This document shows, piece by piece, positions 28,811 to 38,296 of a stretch of 64,000 nucleotides of DNA. Origin of the DNA: Gammaproteobacteria bacterium (GTDB taxonomy: Bacteria; Pseudomonadota; Gammaproteobacteria; SZUA-229); NCBI GenBank assembly GCA_041589455.1, contig JBFHVQ010000001.1, positions 12,793 through 76,792 on the forward strand, written 5' to 3'. Each line of letters begins with the position of its first letter. Within the stretch, counting starts at the first letter, position 1. A model generated the notes under the pieces. It did not search any database. It was not told where the DNA came from and was given only the letters and a program-made list of their open reading frames with translations. The translations under genes and the position numbers were made by a program.

Positions 28811-30673
28811 CTACCAGGGCTTGTCTTCGGTCGCCTGTTTCTGACGACTGTACTGATACTGGAACTTGCGTCTTAACAGGCCACCGGGATCATCAGGAAT
28901 TTTTTTCAACCATTGCTGGGTTTGTTGCTGATCCAGATCCGGGCGACTGTCTTCTGCCTGTGCCTGCTGAGCCTGTTGTTCAGCTTCGTTCTGCGCCTCG
29001 GTGTTCTGTTGTGAATCTTGCGCTGACTGCTGTTGGTCATCATTGTTATCGGCCTGTTGCTGTTCAGCGGATTGCTTCTGTTGTTCAGGTTGATTTTCTT
29101 CTGCATTGTTCTGTTCGGATGACTCGCCCTCTGAACTTTGGCTTTGTGAGTTCTGCTGTTGAGAGTCGGCATTTTGTTGCTGTGAGTCTGAAGAGTCTTG
29201 CTGTGATGAATCCTGTTGTGACTGATCTTGCTGCGACTGCTCCTGATCTGATTTTTCCGATTTATCCTGTGAGTTCTGTTGCTGCTGCTGTTGTAGAGCC
29301 TGTTGTACCAGTTGCTGATTGTGTTTTGCATCTTCATGGGCAGGTTGTTGCGCGATAGCCTGCTCATAAGCTGCTAGTGCCTGTTCTAACTGGCCTGATT
29401 TAGCCAGAGCATTGCCGCGGTTGTAATGGGCATCAGCGTTTTCCAGTCCGGATAATATTTCAACCGCCTGATCATAATTGCCGGCGCGGTATTCAGCGGC
29501 GGCCTTCCATTGCGGATCTTTAAATAACTGTGCTGCCTGTTCGGCATCGCCGCTTTGCAGGCTTTCATAGGCACGTTGTTCGCTGTTTTTCCACAGGGTA
29601 TTCCAGTCCGCTGCTGCTACGGGTTGTGGCAGCGGCATAATTAAAATCAGTAAGGCGAATACCAGCCCCTTACGAAATGCATAGGCAGCAAAAGGAATGA
29701 CCAGCAGCAATAACCAGGGGCCTTCTTCATGCCAGGTATCGGTTTTAAAACTCTGTGTGTCATCATCACTGGTCGCGTCTTTGATATTTTTATTGATATC
29801 GATACTGGCTAACAGGTAATTAATATCACGATCATTAGCACTTAAGGCACTAAAGCGTCCGCCGGCATTTTGTGCGAGTGTCTGTAATGTGTTTTTGTCG
29901 AGTCGTGGTACTACTATGGCGCCTTTGCTGTCTTTAATAAAACCACCATTCGCTGCGGCAATTGGTGCGCCTTCGCTGGTGCCAATGGCCAGTACCGAGC
30001 TGCTATAACCGGCGGCATTTAATTCTCGGGCCTTATCAATATCATCTTGTGTTGCACTGTCGGTAACAATAATTAATTGCCCTTTGCTGTGCCCGGCATT
30101 AATAAATAACTGTTGTGCTTTTTCCAGCGCGAGATCCAGTCGACTTCCCTGACCAGGCATAATGCCGGTTTCCAGTGCGGGGATCTGCGAGATAATGGTT
30201 TGCGCATCTTCGGTGAGTGGGCTCACCACAAAGGCATCGGCGGCATATACAATCAGTGCGCTCTGGCCTTCATTGCGGCTTTTAAGAATGTCATTAATTT
30301 TAAAACGCGCGCGTTGCAAACGGCTGGGTTTAATATCGGCGGCATCCATTGAGCGAGATAGATCAAGAATAACCACCAGTGCCGATTTTGCTTTATAAAC
30401 CGGTTGAGGTCGTTGCTCGTAGGCTGGCCCGGCCAGTGCAAAAATAATTATCCCGCCAAGTAAAAACAGTAAAATGGAGGGTGTGCTGCTGTGTTGTGTC
30501 GACTGCGTTTTTAGCAAATGAGGCAACAGTTTTTCATCGATCACCGTTGACCAGCTACGGCTCTGTTTGCGTTGATGACTATACAACCACACCAGGATAG
30601 CCAGTGGAATAAACGCCAGTAGCCAGTAAGGGCGCAGTAGATGAAAACTCTCTAGCCAGTGTAAGCTATCCAT
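28811..30673 (-). CDS. VWA-TPR protein (BatB/BatC-like) with a ~150-aa Q/S/D/E-rich low-complexity tail
   Basis: N-terminal TMs. VWA MIDAS motif VVILDLSRSM. TPR segment (AHYNRGNALAKSGQLEQALAAYEQA). Long QQQ/SQQD repeats. Confidence 0.8.
   Translation of the reverse strand: MDSLHWLESFHLLRPYWLLAFIPLAILVWLYSHQRKQSRSWSTVIDEKLLPHLLKTQSTQHSSTPSILLFLLGGIIIFALAGPAYEQRPQPVYKAKSALVVILDLSRSMDAADIKPSRLQRARFKINDILKSRNEGQSALIVYAADAFVVSPLTEDAQTIISQIPALETGIMPGQGSRLDLALEKAQQLFINAGHSKGQLIIVTDSATQDDIDKARELNAAGYSSSVLAIGTSEGAPIAAANGGFIKDSKGAIVVPRLDKNTLQTLAQNAGGRFSALSANDRDINYLLASIDINKNIKDATSDDDTQSFKTDTWHEEGPWLLLLVIPFAAYAFRKGLVFALLILIMPLPQPVAAADWNTLWKNSEQRAYESLQSGDAEQAAQLFKDPQWKAAAEYRAGNYDQAVEILSGLENADAHYNRGNALAKSGQLEQALAAYEQAIAQQPAHEDAKHNQQLVQQALQQQQQQNSQDKSEKSDQEQSQQDQSQQDSSQQDSSDSQQQNADSQQQNSQSQSSEGESSEQNNAEENQPEQQKQSAEQQQADNNDDQQQSAQDSQQNTEAQNEAEQQAQQAQAEDSRPDLDQQQTQQWLKKIPDDPGGLLRRKFQYQYSRQKQATEDKPW
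28900..29360. repeat. Coding low-complexity CAG/CAA-rich repeat tract inside the VWA-TPR gene
   Basis: Runs of ctgctg/ttgttg on the plus strand encode the Q/S/D tail. They also generate spurious overlapping ORFs on both strands. Confidence 0.6.
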
Positions 30674-31709
30674 CTTGACTTAGCCTCCCCGAAAATAAAC
30701 CCTTAAGACGCAGCAGTAACTGGGAAGAAAGGGGTTGTAGAAGGATTAGGCTGGCCAGTAATAACGCCATCGATAGTGGCCACATAAATAATGCACTGAC
30801 CGGACGAAAACTCTGGGTTTCCTGTTCTACCGGTTCCAGTTGATCGATCAGGGTGTAGATTTTATTGAGCTCGGCAGTGTCGCGGGCTCTGAAATATTTT
30901 CCGCCGGTTAAGTCTACAATTTGTTGCAAGGTTTTTTCATCGATCTCGGTGTTTTTAACTCGACGTTTGAAAAACAGTCCGCCCAGCTCACGCATTTCAG
31001 CGCCGACACCAATGGTATAAATTTTCAATTTTTGTTGTGCCGCCAGTTCGGCGGCCTTTATCGGCGTCACTTCACCAGCGGTATTGGCACCGTCGGTTAA
31101 TAAAATTAATACCTGGCTCTGGGCGTCTTTGTTTTGCAGGCGTTTGAGAGCCAGGCCAATGGCATCACCAATCGCGGTGGCCTTGCCAGCAATACCAATC
31201 AGTGATTCCTGCAACATTAGATTGACAGTGTGTGTGTCAAATGTCAGAGGCGTTTGTAAGTAGGCCTGCTGACCAAACAGTATCAGACCAATGCGATCAC
31301 CTTCACGGCGTTGTATAAATTCACCGGCGACCTGTTTTACTGCCTGCAGGCGGTTAACCACTTTTCCGGAGAGTTCAAAGTCTTCTTCCGCCATACTGCC
31401 GGAAAGATCAACCGCGATCATCAGGTCGCGGCCACTCACAGGAATGTCTACCTTGTCACCTAACCACTGTGGACGAGCACAGGCAATAATCAGGCAGCAC
31501 CAGGCCAGGCTGCTGATAATGCCAAGCCAGCGAGAATAATTAAATGCAGCGCCCTGATGCGTCGATGCAGCAAAGTCTTCAATAAACGGCACCTGTAAGG
31601 GCGATTCCTGATTGTGACTGCTTTGCGGTAAAACTTTTCGAATCAGCAAGGGCAGGGGCAGCAATAACAGCAGCCAGGGCCAGACAAATTGCAGATTTAA
31701 TAAACTCAT
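30666..31709 (-). CDS. VWA-domain membrane protein (BatA-like)
   Basis: MIDAS motif LMIAVDLSGSM. N- and C-terminal TM helices. Overlaps neighbouring genes. Confidence 0.8.
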   Translation of the reverse strand: MSLLNLQFVWPWLLLLLPLPLLIRKVLPQSSHNQESPLQVPFIEDFAASTHQGAAFNYSRWLGIISSLAWCCLIIACARPQWLGDKVDIPVSGRDLMIAVDLSGSMAEEDFELSGKVVNRLQAVKQVAGEFIQRREGDRIGLILFGQQAYLQTPLTFDTHTVNLMLQESLIGIAGKATAIGDAIGLALKRLQNKDAQSQVLILLTDGANTAGEVTPIKAAELAAQQKLKIYTIGVGAEMRELGGLFFKRRVKNTEIDEKTLQQIVDLTGGKYFRARDTAELNKIYTLIDQLEPVEQETQSFRPVSALFMWPLSMALLLASLILLQPLSSQLLLRLKGLFSGRLSQDG

Positions 31710-32197
31710 TGAGGCGACTCCATCACAGCGTTTTTGGGGAGTGCTTCAATCCATTGTTTACAGGTTTTCTGTAGCGCTGTGCGATCAAATTCTGCGCTTG
31801 GTCGATAGGCGGCCTGTAAAATTAATAGCTGTTGTTCAGCGCTAAAAAAATCACCTTTCGAGAGTTTGTGTAATTCTTCAAACCAGCGTTCGCCGGTGAG
31901 GCTGGCGACATTCTCTCTGGGGTAATAGCTGAGCATAATGCGTCGTAATAAGGCGGAGATCTGTCGCAGATATTCCATGCTGTGGGTTTCTGGAAACTGC
32001 TTTTCGATGTGGCTTAATTCGCTAAGTGCGGCCTTCTGGTAGTCGATCGTTTTGTGCTGTTTTCGGTAACGGCGATAAAGATAAAACGCAGCAATAATGA
32101 GGATTAACAGTAGCGGCAGTAACCACCAGCCAATGGCGGGTGGCCACCAGCTAATGCTGTCCGGCAGGTGTATATCGCGCAGTGGTAACTCATTCAT
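31706..32197 (-). CDS. DUF4381-like membrane protein
   Basis: N-terminal TM (WWLLPLLLILIIAAFYLY) followed by a soluble domain. Position between the DUF58 and VWA genes as in Bat operons. Confidence 0.55.
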   Translation of the reverse strand: MNELPLRDIHLPDSISWWPPAIGWWLLPLLLILIIAAFYLYRRYRKQHKTIDYQKAALSELSHIEKQFPETHSMEYLRQISALLRRIMLSYYPRENVASLTGERWFEELHKLSKGDFFSAEQQLLILQAAYRPSAEFDRTALQKTCKQWIEALPKNAVMESPQ

Positions 32198-33150
32198 CTT
32201 GCACGCTGCCTGTGTTGCGTGTTTAAGCCCAGCCCCTGTTTTAGTGTTAACAGGTAGTCGTCTTCAGTCGACAGGTTGATAAAGTGAATGCCCAGCTTGC
32301 GGCATTTATCCTGTAGTGTTTGTTGTGATTGTTGATAGCGTTGCTGATAGGCCTGGCGTTGTGCCGAGTTATAAGTATTTAAGGTCAACTCTTTAATTCC
32401 GTTGCTAACCTTGTAAAGGCCTGCGGGTGGCAGTTGTGCTTCCAGTGGATCATGAATATTAATTAACACCAGATCGCAATGACGGCTCAGGTAAGACAGC
32501 CGAGACCAGGCCAGCTGATTCATATTACGAAAGTCGCTAATCAGAAACACCAGTGAGCCAGGTTTGCTGACGCGTTGTAAGCGAGCCAGTGAATCGGCGG
32601 CGCTGTTGTCACTGGCATTAGCGGTTGCCTGTTGTTGCCAGGCCGGGTGTTGTGCCAGCTGTTTAATAAAATGTAAACAGGCCGATTTACCGCGGCTGGG
32701 GCGAAGTTCAATATGTTGATCTTCTGAAAAAATCAGCCCGCCAAGTCGATCGCCATGGTGTGCTGTGCTCCAGCCCAGCAATGCCGCAACCTTGGCTGCC
32801 AGCACCGATTTAAAATGCTGCTGGGTGCCAAAAAACATCGGTGCCCGATAGTCGACCCATAAAAGGACCGGACGCTCGCGTTCTTCACGAAACACTTTGC
32901 TATGGGGTTTGCCGGTGCGTGCGGTTACACGCCAGTCCATAGCGCGAATATCATCCCCCGGTTGATAGGGGCGAGCCTCATCAAACTCCATGCCGCGACC
33001 TTTAAATGACGACAGATACTGGCCGTTAAATTGCGCGCGAATTTTACTGGAGTTTAAGGGAATCTGACGCGCATTGCGGTTCAGGCCAATCAGGCTGGAC
33101 TGGCTTACACGAACGACATCATCACTGTTGGCTAGGGGTGTGTCAGTCAT
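32194..33150 (-). CDS. DUF58 family protein (MoxR partner)
   Basis: 318 aa. Translationally coupled to the MoxR gene. VWA-like core (LVFLISDF). Confidence 0.7.
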   Translation of the reverse strand: MTDTPLANSDDVVRVSQSSLIGLNRNARQIPLNSSKIRAQFNGQYLSSFKGRGMEFDEARPYQPGDDIRAMDWRVTARTGKPHSKVFREERERPVLLWVDYRAPMFFGTQQHFKSVLAAKVAALLGWSTAHHGDRLGGLIFSEDQHIELRPSRGKSACLHFIKQLAQHPAWQQQATANASDNSAADSLARLQRVSKPGSLVFLISDFRNMNQLAWSRLSYLSRHCDLVLINIHDPLEAQLPPAGLYKVSNGIKELTLNTYNSAQRQAYQQRYQQSQQTLQDKCRKLGIHFINLSTEDDYLLTLKQGLGLNTQHRQRAR

Positions 33151-34169
33151 TAAGGTACGGCAATACGCGCAATCAGTTGCTGAATAAAGTGATCTTTGGT
33201 GATGCCTTCGGCTTCCGCCTCGAAGCTCAAGATAATGCGGTGACGCAGCACATCATGGGCCATTGCCTGGATGTCTTCCGGGCCGACAAAGTCTCGACCT
33301 GCCAGCCAGGCATGGGCTCTGGCACAGCGATCCAGTGCCATCGAGGCCCTGGGAGAAGCGCCGTATTCCAGCCATTCCGCCAATTTAGGGTCGTATTTAC
33401 CCGGGTCGCGCGTCGCCAGTACCAGTTGCAGTAAATATTCTTCCAGCTCGTCGGACATATAAATGTCGAGCACTTCCCTTCGGGCATCGAATAGCACCTT
33501 GTGTGAAATGGTTTCTATCGGTGGTACTGGCTCACTCAGACCGAGTTTCGCCTCATCCCGGGTGAGGCGTAAGATGTCGCGTTCGGTTTGTGCGCTGGGG
33601 TAGTCGACAAATACATGCATCAGGAAGCGGTCTAGCTGTGCTTCTGGTAGCGGATAGGTGCCTTCCTGCTCCAGTGGATTCTGTGTGGCCATTACCAGAA
33701 ACAGTTCTGGCAGGGCGTAGGTAACAGAGCCAACGGTGATCTGGCGTTCTGCCATGGCTTCTAATAAGGCCGACTGTACCTTGGCTGGGGCGCGGTTAAT
33801 TTCGTCTGCTAGTATCAGGTTATGGAACAACGGCCCTTTCTGGAACTGAAAGGAACCGTCCTGTGGGCGGTAAATTTCGGTGCCCGTCAGGTCGGCAGGC
33901 AGCAGATCGGGGGTGAACTGAACACGATGGAAATCCCCCTCGATGCCTTCGCTCATCACCTTGATAGCGCGGGTTTTAGCGAGCCCGGGTGCGCCTTCTA
34001 CCAGAAGGTGGCCATCAGCGAGCAGGGCAATTATTAGTCGATCAACCAGGGTTGACTGGCCAAGTATATGCTGGCTGATATATTCTTTAAGTTGTGAGAT
34101 AGCCTTGTGCTGCGACAAAATAGTCTCCATTTTATGTAAGTCAGCGTATGTATTGTGAATTTGTGGCAA
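33150..34169 (-). CDS. MoxR-family AAA+ ATPase
   Basis: Walker A GAPGLAKT, Walker B LLADEINRA, MoxR length. Confidence 0.9.
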   Translation of the reverse strand: MPQIHNTYADLHKMETILSQHKAISQLKEYISQHILGQSTLVDRLIIALLADGHLLVEGAPGLAKTRAIKVMSEGIEGDFHRVQFTPDLLPADLTGTEIYRPQDGSFQFQKGPLFHNLILADEINRAPAKVQSALLEAMAERQITVGSVTYALPELFLVMATQNPLEQEGTYPLPEAQLDRFLMHVFVDYPSAQTERDILRLTRDEAKLGLSEPVPPIETISHKVLFDARREVLDIYMSDELEEYLLQLVLATRDPGKYDPKLAEWLEYGASPRASMALDRCARAHAWLAGRDFVGPEDIQAMAHDVLRHRIILSFEAEAEGITKDHFIQQLIARIAVP

Positions 34170-34239
34170 ATTCTATCATTTGCATGGCAAGAATAAAGAC
34201 CATCAGTGTGGTTAAAAGTTTTATAAAGGATGATGTGTC

Positions 34240-34815
34240 ATGCAGAAATTAAGTCAGCTCATTTTAAAGTTGTTTGGCTGGCGCCTGGATATCAATCTGC
34301 CAGATACTCAGCGTTATGTCATTATCGGCTATCCACATACCAGTAACTGGGATTTTGTGCTCGGCATGCTGGCCAAATGGGCACTCAATGTACCTCTCAA
34401 CTGGGTAGCCAAACACAGTATTTTCTGGGGCCCGTTTCGCCCTCTGTTTATCTCAATGGGTGGAGTACCATTAGATAGAAAAACCACCCAGGGTTTTATA
34501 CAGAAAAATATTGCGCTGTTTCAGGCCCGTGATAAGTTCATACTTGGTCTGATGCCCGAGGGTACACGCTCAAAAGTTGATCACTTAAGAACTGGTTTTT
34601 ACTACATAGCTCATGGTGCCCAGGTACCTATTGCGCTGGCCTATTTTGATTATCCGAAAAAGGTGGTGGGTATTGGCAAAGTATTAATCCCTAGTGGGGA
34701 TATTCACAGCGATTTTGAAATTATAAAAGCCTTTTACCAGGATAAGGTGGGCTGTAGACCAGAGCTTCAAGGGAACTTGTGTATTATTACCAGCCGAGAG
34801 AGCAAAGATCATTAA
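34240..34815 (+). CDS. PlsC/LPLAT-family acyltransferase (YihG-like)
   Basis: HTSNWD (HX4D) and MPEGTRS motifs. Confidence 0.75.
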   Translation: MQKLSQLILKLFGWRLDINLPDTQRYVIIGYPHTSNWDFVLGMLAKWALNVPLNWVAKHSIFWGPFRPLFISMGGVPLDRKTTQGFIQKNIALFQARDKFILGLMPEGTRSKVDHLRTGFYYIAHGAQVPIALAYFDYPKKVVGIGKVLIPSGDIHSDFEIIKAFYQDKVGCRPELQGNLCIITSRESKDH

Positions 34816-35027
34816 TACCAGTTTGTTAACTGTACCTACCTAAAACGGTATGAGGTAATTTGAGTCGAATACGTGTGATTTACGAATATAATGACAGAAT
34901 ATAGGGAAAAGGTGCCAATCTTAAAGAATCGCTCTAATTATTACGGCTTTTTGGTGTAGTTTCTAATATGATCTTTTTCAAAGGTTTATGTCTTTTCATT
35001 AAAGGGATATAGGAAGCAAGGCGCACA

Positions 35028-35810
35028 GTGTTAGATAAGAAAAATAATAATGAAGGGCCGCTCACGATATTAATTGTAGAAGACGATCCGATGATGTCGG
35101 ATTTGCTAATCGATCTATTGTCTCCAGACTATACGGTGACTCTTGCAGAAACCGTTAAAGATGCATTGGAAAAGTCTTATCAGGTACTGCCAGATTTAAT
35201 TCTATGTGATATTAAACTGCCAGATGGCAGTGGCCTTAAAGTGCTGGAAACGCTAAAACAGGATGAGCTGACAGCCCATATACCGATTGTTGTTATTTCG
35301 TCGTTTCACACAGAAAAAGACATCGTTGCGGGTCTTGAAAGCGGTGCCAATGATTATGTATCTAAACCCTTTCAAAAAAATGAATTGTTATCTCGTATAA
35401 AAACACAGTTTGAAAATCGACAACGTATGATTGACTGGTGTCGCAGTCGAATGATGGTACAGAACCTGGGTATCATTAGTGAGCTTCCCAGCAAAGAAGA
35501 GAAGTTTCTTGAGCTGCTGCGAGTCAAAACAGAGTCCTTGATCAAGCAGGGTGAACTAACCGTAGAAACGCTGGCCGGAGAAATGGCGCATAGCAAGCGT
35601 CATTTGCAACGAAAAGTAAAAGAATATCTGAACTGTTCCTGTAGTGATTATATTTATGGCATTCGAATGAATTACGCCCGGAGCTTAAGCCAGAAAGGCT
35701 ATACAACCAAGGAAATCACCTCGATGGTAGGTTACAAGGATGTTGCGCATTTTAGTCGTATCTTCAAACAGTATCTGGAAGACAGTGAAGGACTGTTAGA
35801 TGGTAGATAA
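35028..35810 (+). CDS. Response regulator with receiver domain and AraC-type HTH output
   Basis: Rec domain (ILIVEDD, phospho-acceptor D in LILCDIKLPDGSG, K in YVSKP). C-terminal AraC HTH (HFSRIFKQYL). Confidence 0.8.
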   Translation: MLDKKNNNEGPLTILIVEDDPMMSDLLIDLLSPDYTVTLAETVKDALEKSYQVLPDLILCDIKLPDGSGLKVLETLKQDELTAHIPIVVISSFHTEKDIVAGLESGANDYVSKPFQKNELLSRIKTQFENRQRMIDWCRSRMMVQNLGIISELPSKEEKFLELLRVKTESLIKQGELTVETLAGEMAHSKRHLQRKVKEYLNCSCSDYIYGIRMNYARSLSQKGYTTKEITSMVGYKDVAHFSRIFKQYLEDSEGLLDGR

Positions 35811-36159
35811 GGTCATGCTGTCTGATTGCGGACAGTATGTTGTCATAAACGTTAAGTCAGGCTGTGATTCACAAGCACTTCGAAATCTGTTCTTTAAAGC
35901 TGAAGTATTAGCGGATGGACGACGTCTTTTGATTGATGCTGATGACTGGGTGGGTAATGTTGTTAGTATGGAAAAAATGCTATCCATAGTTGATGCATTC
36001 AAGAAATATGAGGCACGAGGCTGGCGTATAGCTGTCGTTACATCACTACTTAATCGACAAACGCTGTTAATGGAGAGCCTGGTTGAATATAAGGGAATTG
36101 AATTACAGCATTTTGTTGGGCCTGATGAGGCCAGGGAATGGCTTCTTCGGGAACAGTAG
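35800..36159 (+). CDS. Hypothetical STAS-like (anti-sigma-antagonist fold) protein
   Basis: 119-aa ORF overlapping the regulator stop by 11 nt. Sequence pattern compatible with STAS. Unverified. Confidence 0.4.
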   Translation: MVDKVMLSDCGQYVVINVKSGCDSQALRNLFFKAEVLADGRRLLIDADDWVGNVVSMEKMLSIVDAFKKYEARGWRIAVVTSLLNRQTLLMESLVEYKGIELQHFVGPDEAREWLLREQ

Positions 36160-36337
36160 CTAATGGAGCGGCTTTCGCTAGTCATTTAGCAAGTCAGGTT
36201 AATATTCCAAATATATTCTCTCCCCTCCGCATTCTACAAATTTGTCTTATCCAGTATTTTAAAAAATTGATTTAAGTCATCGCCGTAAAAATCATGGCAT
36301 GCGATGGTGTGCACTGTTTTATTACAGATCTTCTTTT

Positions 36338-37285
36338 ATGGCGCTATCAGACTATGTCACTACATTTGGACAGCATATGCTGCGTAAGCATGGCGAGCGT
36401 GTGCATAAAATAGCGATCAATGCGGGTTTTACCTGTCCTAATCGAGATGGCAGTAAGGGGATTGGCGGTTGTACTTTCTGTAATAACCGTTCTTTTAATC
36501 CGGCGGAACAGAAAAATCCAGATATTGCTGAGCAGATAGCAGCGGGTAAGTCTGTTATTCAGCGACGCACGGGTGCGAAAAAATATCTTGCCTATTTTCA
36601 GGCCTATACCAATACCTATGCCGATGTAGACTTTCTGGCAAAACAATATGAACAGGCGTTATCACAGGATGATGTAATTGGTCTTTCTATTGGTACCCGT
36701 CCGGATTGTGTGCCTCCAGAAGTGCTGGATTTGCTGTGTCGCTATCGTGATCAGGGGCACGAGGTCTGGTTAGAGCTGGGACTGCAGTCTGCACATGATG
36801 AGAGCCTTCGTAAGGTGAACAGGGGGCATGGTTTTGAAGAATATCAAGATGCTGCTGATGCAGCACAGCAGCGAGAACTGCCGCTTTGTACTCACTTAAT
36901 TCTTGGTTTGCCCGGTGAAAGCACACAACATATGTCAAATAGTCTGGAAGCGGTACTGGAGTGCGGGGTTAATGCGCTAAAACTACACCCTTTGCATATC
37001 GTGAAAGGGACGCAGTTAGCTCGTGAGTGGAAGCAACAGGCATATCAGCCATTAGAAATGGATGAATATATCCAGATTGCCTGTGATCTGATTGAGCTAA
37101 CTCCACAGGAGGTACTGTATCACCGAGTGACAGGAACAGCGCAGAAAGAATTGTTACTGGCACCTGAATGGTGTTCAAAAAAATGGGCGGTGATAAATGG
37201 CATTGAACAGGAATTAAAGCGCCGAAATTCACAACAAGGTCATCAATATCGACAACCCTTAATTCAACAGCAGGTAATGATGTAA
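36338..37285 (+). CDS. yhcC: Radical SAM protein, TIGR01212/YhcC family
   Basis: CPNRDGSKGIGGCTFCNN N-terminal motif identical in style to E. coli YhcC. Stop overlaps the ubiU ATG (TAATG). Confidence 0.85.
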   Translation: MALSDYVTTFGQHMLRKHGERVHKIAINAGFTCPNRDGSKGIGGCTFCNNRSFNPAEQKNPDIAEQIAAGKSVIQRRTGAKKYLAYFQAYTNTYADVDFLAKQYEQALSQDDVIGLSIGTRPDCVPPEVLDLLCRYRDQGHEVWLELGLQSAHDESLRKVNRGHGFEEYQDAADAAQQRELPLCTHLILGLPGESTQHMSNSLEAVLECGVNALKLHPLHIVKGTQLAREWKQQAYQPLEMDEYIQIACDLIELTPQEVLYHRVTGTAQKELLLAPEWCSKKWAVINGIEQELKRRNSQQGHQYRQPLIQQQVMM

Positions 37286-38283
37286 TGGAACTGGTATGCC
37301 CGGCGGGTAACCTGCCTTCACTTAAAGCAGCGATCGATAATGGCGCAAATTCAGTGTATATCGGCTTTAAAGATGATACCAATGCACGGCATTTTGCCGG
37401 TCTGAACTTTGATGATAAAAAAATTCAGCAAGGCATCGAGTATGCACATAAAAAAAATGCACAGGTGTTCCTTGCTCTTAATACTTATCCGCAGCCTGCA
37501 GGCTGGCAGCGTTGGCAACGAGCGGTGGACCATGCCGGAGAGCTAGGTGTGGATGCAATGATCATTGCTGATCTTGGGGTGATGGAGTATGCACGAAATC
37601 GTTTTCCGGAAATGAATTTACATCTCTCCGTACAGGGTTCAGCTACTAGCTATGAAGCTATCGAATTTTATAAACGACATTTTGCAATAAGGCGCGTCGT
37701 GTTGCCTCGTGTGCTATCTCTGAAACAGGTTGAGCAGGTTATCCAGAATACCGATGTCGGTATCGAAATATTTGGCTTTGGTAGTTTATGTGTAATGGTT
37801 GAGGGGCGATGCATTTTATCATCCTATGTTACTGGCGAGTCACCCAATACTTTTGGTGCCTGTTCGCCGGCGAAAGCTGTGCAATGGGTTGATAAAGTGG
37901 ATGGTGGAATGGATACGCGATTAAGCGGTTTGTTGGTCGATAGTTATAGCGCAGACGAAAAGGCGAGTTACCCGACGATATGCAAAGGTCGATTTAATGT
38001 TGCGGGTAATACCTATCATGCGATTGAAGAACCCACCAGTTTAAATACACTCGAATTATTGCCTGAATTATTAAATGCGGGCGTGCAGGCGATTAAAATT
38101 GAAGGTCGCCAGCGTAGTCCTGCTTATGTGGCGCAGGTGACCAGTGTCTGGCGACAGGCAATTGATAGTTGTCAGAAAAATCAGCAGCAATTTGAAGCGA
38201 AAAATAAATGGATGAATGAGCTGGGTAAGGTGTCCGAGGGTGCGCAAACAACACTGGGTGCCTATCATCGTCCATGGCAATAA
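37285..38283 (+). CDS. ubiU: U32-family O2-independent ubiquinone biosynthesis hydroxylase subunit UbiU
   Basis: MELVCPAGNLPSLKAAIDNGA...TLGAYHRPWQ is near-collinear with E. coli YhbU/UbiU. Conserved Cys for 4Fe-4S. Confidence 0.85.
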   Translation: MELVCPAGNLPSLKAAIDNGANSVYIGFKDDTNARHFAGLNFDDKKIQQGIEYAHKKNAQVFLALNTYPQPAGWQRWQRAVDHAGELGVDAMIIADLGVMEYARNRFPEMNLHLSVQGSATSYEAIEFYKRHFAIRRVVLPRVLSLKQVEQVIQNTDVGIEIFGFGSLCVMVEGRCILSSYVTGESPNTFGACSPAKAVQWVDKVDGGMDTRLSGLLVDSYSADEKASYPTICKGRFNVAGNTYHAIEEPTSLNTLELLPELLNAGVQAIKIEGRQRSPAYVAQVTSVWRQAIDSCQKNQQQFEAKNKWMNELGKVSEGAQTTLGAYHRPWQ

Positions 38284-38296
38284 CAAGGTTTAGTCA

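Noticed and set aside
28900-29360. Repetitive tract considered as a possible CRISPR or tandem-repeat locus
   Set aside because: Repeats are short, irregular trinucleotide-type and in-frame with a long coding gene. No repeat-spacer periodicity.
28762-29367. ORFs 28762..29358 (+) and 28906..29367 (-)
   Set aside because: Generated by the CAG/CTG-type low-complexity tract inside the VWA-TPR gene. Wrong-frame artefacts.
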